Shown here: positions 36,776 to 49,004 of the stretch, piece by piece | Layout: each line of letters begins with the position of its first letter | Numbering within the stretch: position 1 is the stretch's first letter | The notes under the pieces: generated by a model | What the model was told of the DNA's origin: nothing | What the model saw: the letters and a program-made list of their open reading frames with translations, nothing else | Databases searched by the model: none | Assembly (NCBI GenBank): GCA_963765835.1 | Contig: CAVXYF010000007.1 | Span: 9,654-73,653, forward strand | Length of the DNA stretch: 64,000 nt | Source: an uncultured Acidobacteriota bacterium | GTDB taxonomy: Bacteria > Acidobacteriota > Thermoanaerobaculia > UBA5066 > Gp7-AA6 | Direction of reading: 5' to 3' | Made by a program: the position numbers and the translations under genes

Positions 36776-39665
36776 AACGAGATCTGATCCCGGCCTCGAG
36801 GCGGCGCTCCGGCGCGTCGTCCGGGGCGAGGTTCGTTTCGACGCCGGAAGCCGCGCGCTCTACGCCACCGACTCCTCGAATTACCGCCAGGTGCCGATCG
36901 GGGTCGTCGTGCCGCGCGACCGGAACGACGTGCTGGAGACGCTCGAGCTCTGCCGCCGATTCGGGGCGCCGATCCTCGGTCGCGGCGCAGGCACGAGCCT
37001 CGCCGGACAGTGCTGCAACGTCGCCGTGGTCCTCGACACGTCGAAGCACTTCAACCGGATCCTGGAGATCGACCCGGAGAGCCGCACCGCGCGGGTCGAG
37101 CCGGGCACGGTCTTAGACGACCTGCGCGAGGCGGCGGAGCGGCACGGTCTCACGTTCGGTCCGGACCCCGCGACCCACGCCTGCTGCACGCTCGGCGGAA
37201 TGATCGGAAACAACTCCTGCGGAGTCCACTCGGTCATGGCCGGCAAGACCGACGACAACGTCCGGGAGCTCGAGGTCGTCGCGGGCGACGGGACTCTGCT
37301 GACGGTCGGCCCCACGTCCGACGCGGAGCTGGAGCGCATTCTTACGGTTGGCGGACGGACCGCCGCGATCTACGGCGGACTTCGCGACCTGCGCGACCGC
37401 TATGCAGCTCTCATCCGTTCCCGCTACCCCGACATTCCCCGGCGCGTTTCGGGCTACAACCTCCCCCACCTCCTGCCCGAGAACGGTTTCGACCTCGCGC
37501 GCTCGCTCGTCGGCTCGGAGGGCACCTGCGCCTTCGTCCTGGAGGCTAGGGTCCGGCTGGTTGTCAGCCCGCCGGCGCGGGTTCTCGTCGTGCTCGGTTA
37601 CGCCGACATCTCCTCGGCGGCCGACGCGGTCCCGGAGATCCTCGAGCACGGGCCGATCGGTTTGGAGGGATTCGACGACGGCCTCGTCGGCGACATGGAC
37701 CGGATCGGCCTCTTCCCGGCGAACCGTGGGCTGCTCCCGGAGGGGCGCGGCTGGCTCCTCGTCGAGCTCGGCGCGGCGGAGGCGCCCGACGCGCTCGCGG
37801 CGGCGACGCGCCTCGTCGGCGCGATGGGCTCGCGGGGAGCGGCGTCGTCCCGCGTCTTCGCTCGCCGGGAGGAGGCCGCGCAGATCTGGCAGATTCGGCA
37901 GGCCGCGCTGGGGGCGACGGCGCACGTCCCCGGCCGGAAGAGGACGTGGGAGGGCTGGGAGGATTCCGCGGTCGCGCCCGACAAGCTCGGCGCGTACCTG
38001 CGCGACCTGCGCGCGCTCCTCGACCGGCACGGCTACGGCGGCGACTTCTACGGCCACTTCGGTCAGGGTTGCGTGCACACGCGCACCGACTTCGACCTCG
38101 AGACCCCCGACGGGGTCGCGAAGTACCGCTCTTTCGTTCTCGAGGCCGCGGACCTCGTCGTCGGGTACGGCGGATCGCTGTCCGGGGAGCACGGCGACGG
38201 CCAGTCGCGCGGAGAGCTGCTCCCGAAGATGTTCGGGACCGAGCTCGTCGGAGCGTTCCGCGAGTTCAAGGCAATCTGGGACCCCGAGGGGCTCATGAAT
38301 CCGGGCAAGGTCGTGGACGCCGCGCGGCTCGACGAGAACCTGCGGCTCGTTCCGGCCGGCCGGAAGCCTCCCCCTCCGTTGAGCGCGTTCGCGTACGCGT
38401 CCGACGGCGGTGACTTTGCGCTCGCGCTCTCGAGGTGCGTCGGCGTCGGGGAGTGCCGCCGCTCGAAGGGCGGCACCATGTGCCCGAGCTTCATGGTGAC
38501 GCGCGAGGAGAAGCACTCGACGCGCGGCCGCGCCCGGTTGCTCGACGAGATGATTCGCGGAGAGGTCCTGACCGGCGGGTGGAAGGAAGAGGCGGTCCGC
38601 GAAGCGCTCGACCTCTGCCTGGCGTGCAAGGGGTGCAAGTCGGACTGCCCGGTCGGCGTGGACGTCGCGGCCTGGAAGGCCGAGTTCCTCTCGCGGTACT
38701 ACCGCGGCCGGCTCCGTCCCGCCGCCGCGTACTCGATGGGCCTCGTCGACCGCTGGGCGCGGCTCGCCTCCGCCGCGCCGGGCCTCGCGAACTTCGTCGC
38801 GCAGGCGCCCGGCCTTTCCTCCGTCGTGAAGACGCTGGCGGGAATCGCGCCGGAACGCCGCCTCCCGCGTTTCGCCCGACAGACGTTCCGCGCGTGGTTC
38901 GCGCGCCGCCGCCCTCCCGCGGCCTCGGCCCCCGCGACCAACCGGACCGCGGTGCTTTTCGCCGACACGTTCACGAACCACTTCGCTCCGGAGATCGGCC
39001 GGGCGGCGGTGGACGTCTTGGAGGCCGCGGGCTTTTCCGTGACTCTGCCGCGCGGCCCGCTCTGCTGCGGCCGGCCACGGTACGACTTCGGGATGCTCGA
39101 CTCCGCCCGGCGGCGGCTCGCCCAGGTTCTCGATGCGCTCTCTCCCTCGGTCGCGGCCGGCTCGCCGGTCGTCGTACTGGAGCCCAGCTGCGCCGCCGTC
39201 TTCCGCGACGAGCTTCCGGAACTCTTCCCGAAGGACGAGCGGGCCGTCAGCCTCGCCCGCCGGACGTTTCTCCTCGCCGAGTTCCTGGAGAAGGAAGCCG
39301 GCGGGTGGACGCCTCCGGCGCCCGGCAGCCCCGGGAAGGCGCTCGTCCAGTTCCACTGCCACCAGCGCGCCCTCTTCGGGATCGACGCGGACCGCCGGGC
39401 GCTCGCGACAAGCGGGCTCGAAGCGGACGTCCCGGACTCCGGCTGCTGCGGAATGGCGGGCTCCTTCGGATTCGAGAAGTCGCACCGGGACGTCTCGCTC
39501 GCGGTCGGAGAGCGGGTCCTGTTTCCGGCGGTGCGCGCGGCATCCGACGACACGCTGATCATCGCGGACGGCTTCAGCTGCCGCGAACAGATCCTCCAGG
39601 AGACGGGCCGCCGCGCGGTCCACCTCGCGGAGGCGCTCCGGAGGACAACGGGTCTGTCATCCTGA
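36768..39665 (+). CDS. FAD-binding and Fe-S oxidoreductase (GlcD/GlcF-type fusion, YdiJ-like)
   Basis: RGAGTSLAGQ, TLGGMIGNNSCG, SGEHGDG, CVGVGECR, CLACKGCKSDCP and CCGMAGSFG. Confidence 0.93.
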   Translation: MTPTRSDPGLEAALRRVVRGEVRFDAGSRALYATDSSNYRQVPIGVVVPRDRNDVLETLELCRRFGAPILGRGAGTSLAGQCCNVAVVLDTSKHFNRILEIDPESRTARVEPGTVLDDLREAAERHGLTFGPDPATHACCTLGGMIGNNSCGVHSVMAGKTDDNVRELEVVAGDGTLLTVGPTSDAELERILTVGGRTAAIYGGLRDLRDRYAALIRSRYPDIPRRVSGYNLPHLLPENGFDLARSLVGSEGTCAFVLEARVRLVVSPPARVLVVLGYADISSAADAVPEILEHGPIGLEGFDDGLVGDMDRIGLFPANRGLLPEGRGWLLVELGAAEAPDALAAATRLVGAMGSRGAASSRVFARREEAAQIWQIRQAALGATAHVPGRKRTWEGWEDSAVAPDKLGAYLRDLRALLDRHGYGGDFYGHFGQGCVHTRTDFDLETPDGVAKYRSFVLEAADLVVGYGGSLSGEHGDGQSRGELLPKMFGTELVGAFREFKAIWDPEGLMNPGKVVDAARLDENLRLVPAGRKPPPPLSAFAYASDGGDFALALSRCVGVGECRRSKGGTMCPSFMVTREEKHSTRGRARLLDEMIRGEVLTGGWKEEAVREALDLCLACKGCKSDCPVGVDVAAWKAEFLSRYYRGRLRPAAAYSMGLVDRWARLASAAPGLANFVAQAPGLSSVVKTLAGIAPERRLPRFARQTFRAWFARRRPPAASAPATNRTAVLFADTFTNHFAPEIGRAAVDVLEAAGFSVTLPRGPLCCGRPRYDFGMLDSARRRLAQVLDALSPSVAAGSPVVVLEPSCAAVFRDELPELFPKDERAVSLARRTFLLAEFLEKEAGGWTPPAPGSPGKALVQFHCHQRALFGIDADRRALATSGLEADVPDSGCCGMAGSFGFEKSHRDVSLAVGERVLFPAVRAASDDTLIIADGFSCREQILQETGRRAVHLAEALRRTTGLSS

Positions 39666-39725
39666 GCGAAGCGAAGGATCTCTAGAGTTCGAGAGATCCT
39701 TCGTCGCTACGCTCCTCGGGATGAC
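39655..39725. repeat. REP-like palindrome that contains the oxidoreductase stop codon
   Basis: TGTCATCCTGAGCGAAGCGAAGGATCT...AGATCCTTCG...CTCGGGATGAC. Confidence 0.88.
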
Positions 39726-39785
39726 GGAGAAGCGGTGCCCTCGGCGGTGCACTCCTCGCGTCGTTCGCTTCTCGGAAGGATAAGA

Positions 39786-41056
39786 CTAGAGGAGGATCCC
39801 CATCTTCCGCGCCACGAAGTCCAGCGCGCGGTGCGGGACGGTCCGGAGCCATCCCGCGTCGATCTCCCGGGATGATTCGAGGTCGCGCTCGAACGCCTTC
39901 GACATCGTCCGCCCCACCTCCTCGTCCAGGATCAGCAAGTTGCACTCGGCGTTCAGGTGAAACGAACGGAAGTCGAGGTTGCTCGACCCGACCACCGACG
40001 CGTAGTCGTCCGCGACGGCCGTCTTGGCGTGGAGGATCGACGGCTGGTACTCGAAAATCCGCACGCCGGCGGCGAGCAGGGGCGGGAACCAGCCGTGCCC
40101 CGCGTGTCGCACGATCGGGACGTCACTGACACCCGGCAGGAGCAGCCGGACGTCCACACCCCTTCGGACGGCGGCCGCCAGCGCGCGGATCGCGCGGCGG
40201 CGTGGCGCGAAATACGCGTTGGTCACCCACACGCGCTCGCGCGCGGCGGCGACGACCGCTGCCAGTGCCGAAGCCGTCTCCTCGTGGCCTCTGCCGGGTC
40301 GCGAGTCGAGCACGAGCACGCGGGCCGGCGCGTCCCGGGAGGGTCGAGAGGCTGGAGGTCGAGCGTCCCGCCCGCGTGGCTCCACGCCTCCGAGAAAACG
40401 GTCGCCATCTCCCAGGCTGCGGAGCCTTCCACGCGGGCGTGCGTATCGCGCCAGGCGGACTGGACCTTCTCTCCGGAGCTTCCGGACCCGAGGCCGGACC
40501 CTCCGCTGTACTCGTCGGCGATGTTCATCCCGCCGGTAAAGGCCACCCGGCGATCGATCACCAGGATCTTCCGGTGATCCCGGAACGGCCCGAGCAGGAA
40601 CGTTCCGAACAGACGGACCTCCACGCCATGCCGGCGCAGCTCGTCCCAGTACGCCTTCTTCGTCGACAAACTTCCGACCGCGTCGGCGAGCGCGCGCACG
40701 ACGACCCCGCGCGCGGTGGCGCGGCGCAGGGCGTCGAGAGCGCGGCGCCCGGTCGCGTCGTCCTTCCAGATGTACGACTCCACGAGGATCTCGGTCTGCG
40801 CGGCGTCCACCGCGCGCTCCATGGCGTCGAAAGCGGAGCCGCCGTCGAAATAAACTTCCACCCGGTTTCCGCCGAGAACCGCGGTCTGGTCCACGCGCGA
40901 CAGGAGCGTCGGGAAGCGGGGATCGCGCAAACCTCCGGGATACCGGCCGGCGATTTCGCGGATCCGGTTCGGGCGCAGCTCGGGTGGAATGCGATGCCGC
41001 GCGAAAGGGCGCAGGCGAGGCTTCCAGAGCCTCCGTCGCTTGCCTTTGCTGCTCAC
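39786..41056 (-). pseudogene. clsB: Cardiolipin synthase (ClsB-like phospholipase D) split by one frameshift near 40340; possible sequencing error
   Basis: HKD motifs DHRKILVID and LHAKTAVAD are in different frames. Confidence 0.8.
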
Positions 41057-41144
41057 CTTGTCGCCTTCCGCTGCCCGCGAACGATATCCCTGGGGCAGGT
41101 TCTGCGCCGGTGGTTGTGAGGCAGAGCCCGGCTCCGGGCTTCTT

Positions 41145-41172
41145 CGTTTCCCGTTTTCCGTTTTCCGTTTCC
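41145..41172. repeat. Heptamer tandem repeat (CGTTT(T/C)C)x4
   Basis: Inverted equivalent (CGGGAAA)x3 at 48975-48997. Confidence 0.8.
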
Positions 41173-41206
41173 GCCCGGAGCCGCGTATAGACTACCGCCG
41201 CGATCG

Positions 41207-41863
41207 ATGCAGATCTTCCATCGAAGCACGAATTTCCTGTCTCGAGTTTCGATCTTCGGGGCGGTATTCTTTTTCGGCATCCTCCTCTGGCTTCTCTACG
41301 ACCTGGAAGCTTCCCCCTACACGACCCAGCAGACCATCGCCCGCGAGCAGCCGGTCCAGTTCTCCCACGCGCACCACGTCGGAGCGATCGGCATCGACTG
41401 CCGCTACTGCCACACGTCCGTCGAGAAGGCCGCCTTCGCCGGCATCCCGCCCACGAAGACCTGCATGAACTGCCACTCGCAGATCTGGGCGCAGAGCCCC
41501 TATCTGGAGCCGGTGCGCGCGAGCTTCCGCAACGACACGTCGCTCGAGTGGACCCGGGTCCACGACCTGCCCGACTTCGTGTACTTCGACCACTCGATCC
41601 ATGTGGCCAAGGGCGTCGGGTGCGAGACCTGCCACGGGCGGGTGGACCAGATGCCGCTCATGTACCAGGCGGCGTCTCTCCAGATGCGCTGGTGCCTGGA
41701 CTGCCACCGCAACCCCGAGAAATACCTCCGCCCGAAGGAGGAGGTCTTCACGATGGGCTGGCGGCCGCCGGTCGACCAGGCGGCGCTCGGTGAACGGCTG
41801 AAGCGCGAGTACCACGTCCGGGATCGGGTGGTGCTGGAAAGCTGCTCGACGTGCCACCGATGA
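41207..41863 (+). CDS. actA: Alternative complex III pentaheme cytochrome c
   Basis: Five CxxCH motifs; QPVQFSHAHH and LPDFVYFDHSIH. Confidence 0.95.
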   Translation: MQIFHRSTNFLSRVSIFGAVFFFGILLWLLYDLEASPYTTQQTIAREQPVQFSHAHHVGAIGIDCRYCHTSVEKAAFAGIPPTKTCMNCHSQIWAQSPYLEPVRASFRNDTSLEWTRVHDLPDFVYFDHSIHVAKGVGCETCHGRVDQMPLMYQAASLQMRWCLDCHRNPEKYLRPKEEVFTMGWRPPVDQAALGERLKREYHVRDRVVLESCSTCHR

Positions 41864-44786
41864 GCGGCCTTCCCATCCACCCCGCCGGCCATGCCTTCAC
41901 GCCCCGCGACGGGCTCGACCGGCGGGACCTCTTCAAGTTCGTGGGCGCGTCGCTGGCGCTCGCCGGCGCGTCGGCGTGCACGCGCCAGCCCGCGGAAAAG
42001 ATCGTCCCCTACGTCCGCCAGCCCGAGGAGCTCGTCCCGGGCAAGCCGCTCTTCTACGCGACCGCGATGACCGTGGGAGGTCTCGCGACCGGACTCCTCG
42101 TCGAGAGTCACATGGGACGGCCCACCAAGGTGGAGGGCAACCCGCTCCACCCCGCGAGCCTCGGCGGCACCGACGCCTTCGCCCAGGCCGCGGTGTACGG
42201 GCTCTACGACCCGGACCGCTCGCAGACCCTCCTGCAGCTGGGTGAGATCCGGCCGTGGTCCGCGTTCCTGGGCGAGATGCGCCTTGCGCTCGCGGAGGAG
42301 CGGGCGCGCCAGGGCGCTGGCCTCCGGATCCTGACGGAGACCGTGAGCTCGCCGACGCTCGCGCGGCAGGTCGCCGCGCTCTCCGCCGCGCTCCCCGGAG
42401 CGCGGTGGCATCAGTGGGAGCCGGCGTCGCCCGACAACGCGAGGAACGGCGCCCGGATGGCGTTCGGATCGCCCGTCAACGCGATTCACCGCCTGGCGGA
42501 CGCGGACGTGATCGTCTCGCTCGACGCGGACTTCCTCGCGTGCGGCCCGGCGCAGTCGAGGCTCGCGCGGGAGTTCGCGGCACGGCGCCGCGCGGGCGCT
42601 TCCGGCGGCGCGATCAACCGCCTGTACGTCGTCGAGAGCGCGATGACCTCGACGGGCGCGCGCGCCGACCACCGCAAGCCGCTGGCGGCCGCGGAAGTGG
42701 AGGCGTTCGCCCGGGCGATCGCGACGAAGCTCGGCGTCGGGGCGCCCGCGGGCACGGCCGAGTCGGGCGGTCGCTTCGCGGCGGACCCGATGGCGCGGGC
42801 CGTGGGCGAGGACCTCCTGCGGCACCGGGGGCGGAGCGTCGTGATCGCGGGGGACTCCCAGCCGCCCGCGGTCCACGCCATCGCGCACGCGATGAACGGC
42901 TTCCTGGCGAACGCGGGCCGCACCGTCGTTTACACGGACCCCGCCGAGGCAAATCCGGAGGACCAGCTGGAGTCGCTTCGGTCGCTCGTCGCCGACATGA
43001 AGAGCGGCAAGGTCTCCACGGTGATCGTGCTGGGCGGGAACCCCATCTTCAACGCGCCGGCCGACCTCGGCTTCCGTGACGCTTTCCGGAAGGTCCCGCG
43101 CCGCGTTCACCTTTCACTCGAGAACGACGAAACCTCGGACGAGTGCCAGTGGCACGTGGCCGAGTCGCACTTCTTAGAGACGTGGAGCGACACCCGCGCG
43201 TTCGACGGCACCGCTTCCATCGTGCAGCCGCTCATCGCGCCGCTCTACGGCGGCCACTCCGCCCACGACGTCCTCGCGTCTCTCTCCGACCAGCCGGAGC
43301 AGTCCGCCTACGACCTCGTCCGCGAGACGTGGAAAGCGCAGATGACCGGAGACTTCGAGATGGCGTGGCGGCGCGCGCTCCACGACGGCGTCATCGCGGG
43401 AACGGCGAGGCCGGAGCGCGAGGTTTCGGCGGCATCATTTCCGGTAAAGACGCGCTCTGTCCCGGTGGAAGCCCCGGTTTCAAAAGTTCTGTCCGCCGGT
43501 CGCGAAGCGACCGCCGCGGACCCAGTCCTCGAGATCACCTTCCGGCCGGACCCGACGATTCACGACGGCCGCTTCGCGAACAACGGCTGGCTGCAGGAGC
43601 TGCCCAAGCCCGTGACGACAGTGACGTGGGACAACGTCGCGGCGGTCTCCCCCGCGACCGCGAAGCGTCTCGGCGTCGCGAACGAGGACGTCGTGGAGCT
43701 CTCGATCTCGGGGCGCAAGGTGCGCGCGCCGATCTGGATCGTGGCGGGCCATCCGGACGAGTCGATCGGCGTGACGCTCGGCTACGGGCGAACGGCCGCG
43801 GGGAAGCTCGGGTCGCGGACCGGCTTCGACGCCTACGCGATCCGGACGTCCGACGCACTCTGGCGCGCGGGAGGGGTCGGAGTCCGCAAGACGGACGATC
43901 GCTGGCGGGTCGCCGTCACGCAGGAGCACCACTCCATGGAGGGGCGCCACCTCGCGCGGGAGGTCTCCGCGGAGGAGCTCTCCCGCAACCCGAAGGCCGT
44001 CGAGGAGATGGCAGAGGCGCCCCCTCCCGGCCTCTCGCTCCATCCGACGCATCCGTCCCACGATCACGCGTGGGCCATGTCGATCGACCTCGGCAGCTGC
44101 GTCGGCTGCAACGCGTGCGTGATCGCTTGTACCGCCGAGAACAACATCCCCATCGTCGGAAAGGCCGAGGTCCTCCGCGGCCGGGAGATGCACTGGCTCC
44201 GCGTGGACCACTACGCCGACGGGGATCCCGCGAACCCCAGCCACTCGTTCCAGCCCGTGCCGTGCATGCACTGCGAGAACGCGCCGTGCGAGCTCGTCTG
44301 TCCGGTCGGCGCAACCGTGCACAGCGCGGAGGGGCTGAACGACATGGTCTACAACCGGTGCGTCGGCACCAAGTACTGCTCGAACAACTGCCCCTACAAG
44401 GTGCGGCGCTTCAACTTCTTCCACTGGTCCACGCAGTTCCGCGCGCCGAGCATGCGGATGCTCGCCAACCCCGACGTCACGGTCCGGTGGCGGGGCGTCA
44501 TGGAGAAGTGCACGTACTGCGTGCAGCGCATCAACGAGGGGAAGATCAAGGCAGAGCTCGAGAACCGGCCCGTCCGCGACGGCGAAATCGTCACGGCATG
44601 TCAGCAGGCCTGCCCCGCCGAGGCGATCGTGTTCGGCGACCTCGCCGACCCGGAGAGCCGGGTTTCGAAGATGCGCCGCTCGCCGCTCTCCTACGGCCTT
44701 CTCGCAGAGCTCGGCACGCGGCCCCGGACGACGTATCTCGCGAAGGTCCAGAGCCCCAACGCGGAGCTCACACCGGAGGAGCGCGG

Positions 44787-44790
<4 letters not shown>
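41860..44790 (+). CDS. actB: ACIII molybdopterin-oxidoreductase-like / Fe-S fusion subunit
   Basis: Tat motif DRRDLFK; GRPTKVEGNP.HP, NNGWLQELP and four Cys clusters. Confidence 0.95.
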
Positions 44791-46186
<1,396 letters not shown>

Positions 46187-46190
<4 letters not shown>

Positions 46191-46735
46191 GAGTCGAAGA
46201 GGAACGCGGCAAGACGTGGGGTGTTCTCGGGGAGTTCGAGACGCCCGACGCTCTCGTGAACGCCGCCCGCCGCGCGCGGGAGGTGGGCTACCGGCGCATG
46301 GACGCGTACACGCCGTTCCCCATCCACGGCCTCTCGGACGCCATGGGATTTCGGCCCACGAAGCTGCCGCTCATCGTATTGGCCGGGGCCGTGATCGGCT
46401 GCGCGACGGCGCTCGCGACGATGTGGTATTCGGCCACCATTCACTACCCGATCAACGTGGCCGGCAAGCCGTACGCGAGCTGGCCCATGTTCATCCCCAT
46501 CACCTTCGAGGCAACCGTTCTCTTCGCCGCGCTCTTCGCGGTCTTCGGGATGCTCGGGATGAACGGCCTGCCGATGCCCTATCACCCCATCTTCAACGCG
46601 CCGCGGTTCGCGTTCGCGTCGCGGGACCGCTTCTTTCTCTGCATCGAGTCGCGGGACCCCCGCTTCCAGGAGGACGACGTCCGGGCGTTCCTGACCGGCC
46701 TGGGAGCGAAGGAAGTCGAGTCGGTGGAAGAGTGA
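46187..46735 (+). CDS. actD: ACIII subunit D (DUF3341)
   Basis: DAYTPFPIHGL and FIPITFE. Confidence 0.93.
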
Positions 46736-47361
46736 AGACGAGCCGCAAGCTGACCGCTGCGGCCGTGCTGATCGCAGCAACGTGGGGCTGCAGACAGGAA
46801 ATGTACGACCAGCCCAAGTACAAGCCGCTCGGAAAGAGCAGCTTCTACGGGGACGGGCGCGCCTCGAGGCCGCTCGTCGAAGGTACGGTCGCGCGCGGCA
46901 TGCTCGAAGGGACGACGGCATCGCTGCCGCCGGCCTCCGGGCCCGGATCCGTCGAGCTCGCGACGGCGCTTCCCATGCCGCTGACGCAGGAGCTCCTCTC
47001 CCGCGGACAGCAGAGGTACGAAATCTTCTGCACCCCGTGCCACGACCGGACCGGCGCGGGGCAGGGGATGGTGGTCCGCAGGGGATACCGCCCTCCCCCT
47101 TCCCTGCACGTCGAACGGCTGCGTGACGCGCCGGTCGGGCACTTCTACGACGTGATGACCCGGGGCCTCGGCGCCATGCCCGACTACGCGCAGCAGATCC
47201 CGCCGGAGGACCGGTGGGCCATCTCCGCCTACGTGAAGGCGCTGCAGCTGTCGCAGCACGCAACGGCCGCGGAGCTGACTCCGGAGGAGCGGGCGCAGGT
47301 GGAGACCGCGACACGGGACACGGGACACGGGACACGGGACACGAAGGAACCGGGGCACTGA
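46732..47361 (+). CDS. actE: ACIII monoheme cytochrome c lipoprotein
   Basis: GCRQEMYDQPKY, CTPCH and DRWAI.AYVKALQ. Confidence 0.93.
   Translation: MKTSRKLTAAAVLIAATWGCRQEMYDQPKYKPLGKSSFYGDGRASRPLVEGTVARGMLEGTTASLPPASGPGSVELATALPMPLTQELLSRGQQRYEIFCTPCHDRTGAGQGMVVRRGYRPPPSLHVERLRDAPVGHFYDVMTRGLGAMPDYAQQIPPEDRWAISAYVKALQLSQHATAAELTPEERAQVETATRDTGHGTRDTKEPGH
47311..47343 (+). repeat. (ACACGGG)x4 inside the actE 3' end
   Basis: Translated as TRDTGHGTRDT. Confidence 0.9.
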
Positions 47362-48527
47362 TGGCAGAAAACCACCCTCTCGAGCGCTACCAGCGCCCTA
47401 TACTTTTCATCGGTATAGTGGCGCTCGCGGCGTGCGCCGTGGGCGGGTACTTCGCGCCCGCGCAGTTCTTCCGTTCGTACCTCTTCGCATTCCTGTTCTG
47501 GATCGGCATCGCGCTCGGGTGCCTGGCGGTCGCGATGCTCCACCATGTCACGGGCGGCGCGTGGGGGATGCCGATCCGGCGGCCGCTCGAGTCCGGGACG
47601 CGCACGCTGCCGCTTATGGTGCTGCTGTTCCTCCCGATCGTTCTGGGCGCGCGGAAGATCTACGAGTGGGCGGACCCCGCGGCGGTCGCGCACGACGCGA
47701 TCATCCGCCAGAAGACCTTCTACCTGAACCTCCCCTTCTTCACGGGACGGGCGGTCCTCTACTTCGCGGCCTGGCTCGCGTTCGCGTACTTCCTCAACCG
47801 CTGGTCCCGGGAGCAGGACGAGGCGTACTCCTCCTCGACGTCGCGGAAGCTGCAGCTCCTCTCCTCCGCGGGCCTCGTGGCATACGGCCTGACGGTCACG
47901 TTTGCCTCGATCGACTGGGCGATGTCGCTCGAGCCGCACTGGTTCTCCACGATGTACGGAGTTCTCTTCATCGCGGGCCAGGGGCTGACGGCGTTCGCAT
48001 TCATCATCGTCGTGCTGGTTCTGCTGTCGGACACGCCGCCGCTCGCCGGATACGTCGGGCCGCGCCACTACCACGACCTCGGAAAGCTGATGCTCGCGTT
48101 CGTGATGTTCTGGGCGTACGTCTCCTTCTCGCAGTACCTGATCATCTGGTCGGGCAACCTCCCCGAGGAGATTCCGTGGTACCTGCGGCGCCTGCAGGGC
48201 GGCTGGGGCTGGGTCGGCGCGGCGCTCGTCCTGCTCCACTTCGTGCTGCCCTTTCTGCTCCTCCTGCCGGCATCGGCCAACCGCAACCCGCGCATCCTGG
48301 GGGCGGTCGCCGCGCTGGTCCTCTTCATGCGCCTCGTGGACGTGTTCTGGCTGACTCAGCCGGCTTTCGCCGGATCGCGCTTCCGGCTCCACTGGATGGA
48401 CCTCCTCGCCCCCATCGGAATCGGCGGGCTGTGGCTCGCCGTGTTCCTCGGACAGCTCGGCAAGAGGCCGCTCCTCCCGGTCAACGACCCGGAGCTGCAG
48501 CCTGCGGTGGCGCATGGATCCCACTGA
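47361..48527 (+). CDS. actF: ACIII membrane subunit F
   Basis: DWAMSLEPHWFSTMYG, HDLGKLM and QYLIIWSGNLPEE. Confidence 0.93.
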   Translation: MAENHPLERYQRPILFIGIVALAACAVGGYFAPAQFFRSYLFAFLFWIGIALGCLAVAMLHHVTGGAWGMPIRRPLESGTRTLPLMVLLFLPIVLGARKIYEWADPAAVAHDAIIRQKTFYLNLPFFTGRAVLYFAAWLAFAYFLNRWSREQDEAYSSSTSRKLQLLSSAGLVAYGLTVTFASIDWAMSLEPHWFSTMYGVLFIAGQGLTAFAFIIVVLVLLSDTPPLAGYVGPRHYHDLGKLMLAFVMFWAYVSFSQYLIIWSGNLPEEIPWYLRRLQGGWGWVGAALVLLHFVLPFLLLLPASANRNPRILGAVAALVLFMRLVDVFWLTQPAFAGSRFRLHWMDLLAPIGIGGLWLAVFLGQLGKRPLLPVNDPELQPAVAHGSH

Positions 48528-49002
48528 CGAGCCCCGCGACCCCGCGGTCCGACCGGGCGGCGAAACGCCGCACCCGGACGCCGGCCACGAGACGAGCGAC
48601 GTCTCCATCCGGGGAATCGTCCGGTTCGGGATCGGCCTCGGCGTCGGGACGATCCTGGCGGCGCTGGGCATGTGGATGCTCTTCCGGGTCCTGGAGCGCC
48701 GCGAGCGGCGCGTGGACGTGCCGGTCCCGCCCATGGTGGCCGCGGGACTGCGGCGCACACCCCCGGAGCCGCGCCTGGAGGCGGACCCGCTCGAGCCGCG
48801 CCGCCGGATGCAGGCCCGCGAAGAAGCGGCGTTGACCACGTACGGGTGGGTGGACCGCGGCGCCGGCGTCGCGCGCATTCCGATCGACCGGGCGATGGAG
48901 CTGCTCGTGCAGAACGGGTTGCCACCGTCGAAGCCCGTGGTGCCGGCGGTTGCGACGCCCGCGACGCCCCAGGTCGGGAAACGGGAAACGGGAAACGAGT
49001 AA
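48514..49002 (+). CDS. ACIII small subunit (ActG-like)
   Basis: HE.SDV, one TM helix, PEPRL and YGWVDRGAGVARIPIDRAM; position in the operon. Confidence 0.8.
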   Translation: MDPTDEPRDPAVRPGGETPHPDAGHETSDVSIRGIVRFGIGLGVGTILAALGMWMLFRVLERRERRVDVPVPPMVAAGLRRTPPEPRLEADPLEPRRRMQAREEAALTTYGWVDRGAGVARIPIDRAMELLVQNGLPPSKPVVPAVATPATPQVGKRETGNE

Positions 49003-49004
49003 CG

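Noticed and set aside
41094-41109. Sigma54-like site upstream of clsB (CGGCGCAGAACCTGCC)
   Set aside because: Only the GG-N10-GC spacing matches, which is too weak in GC-rich DNA.
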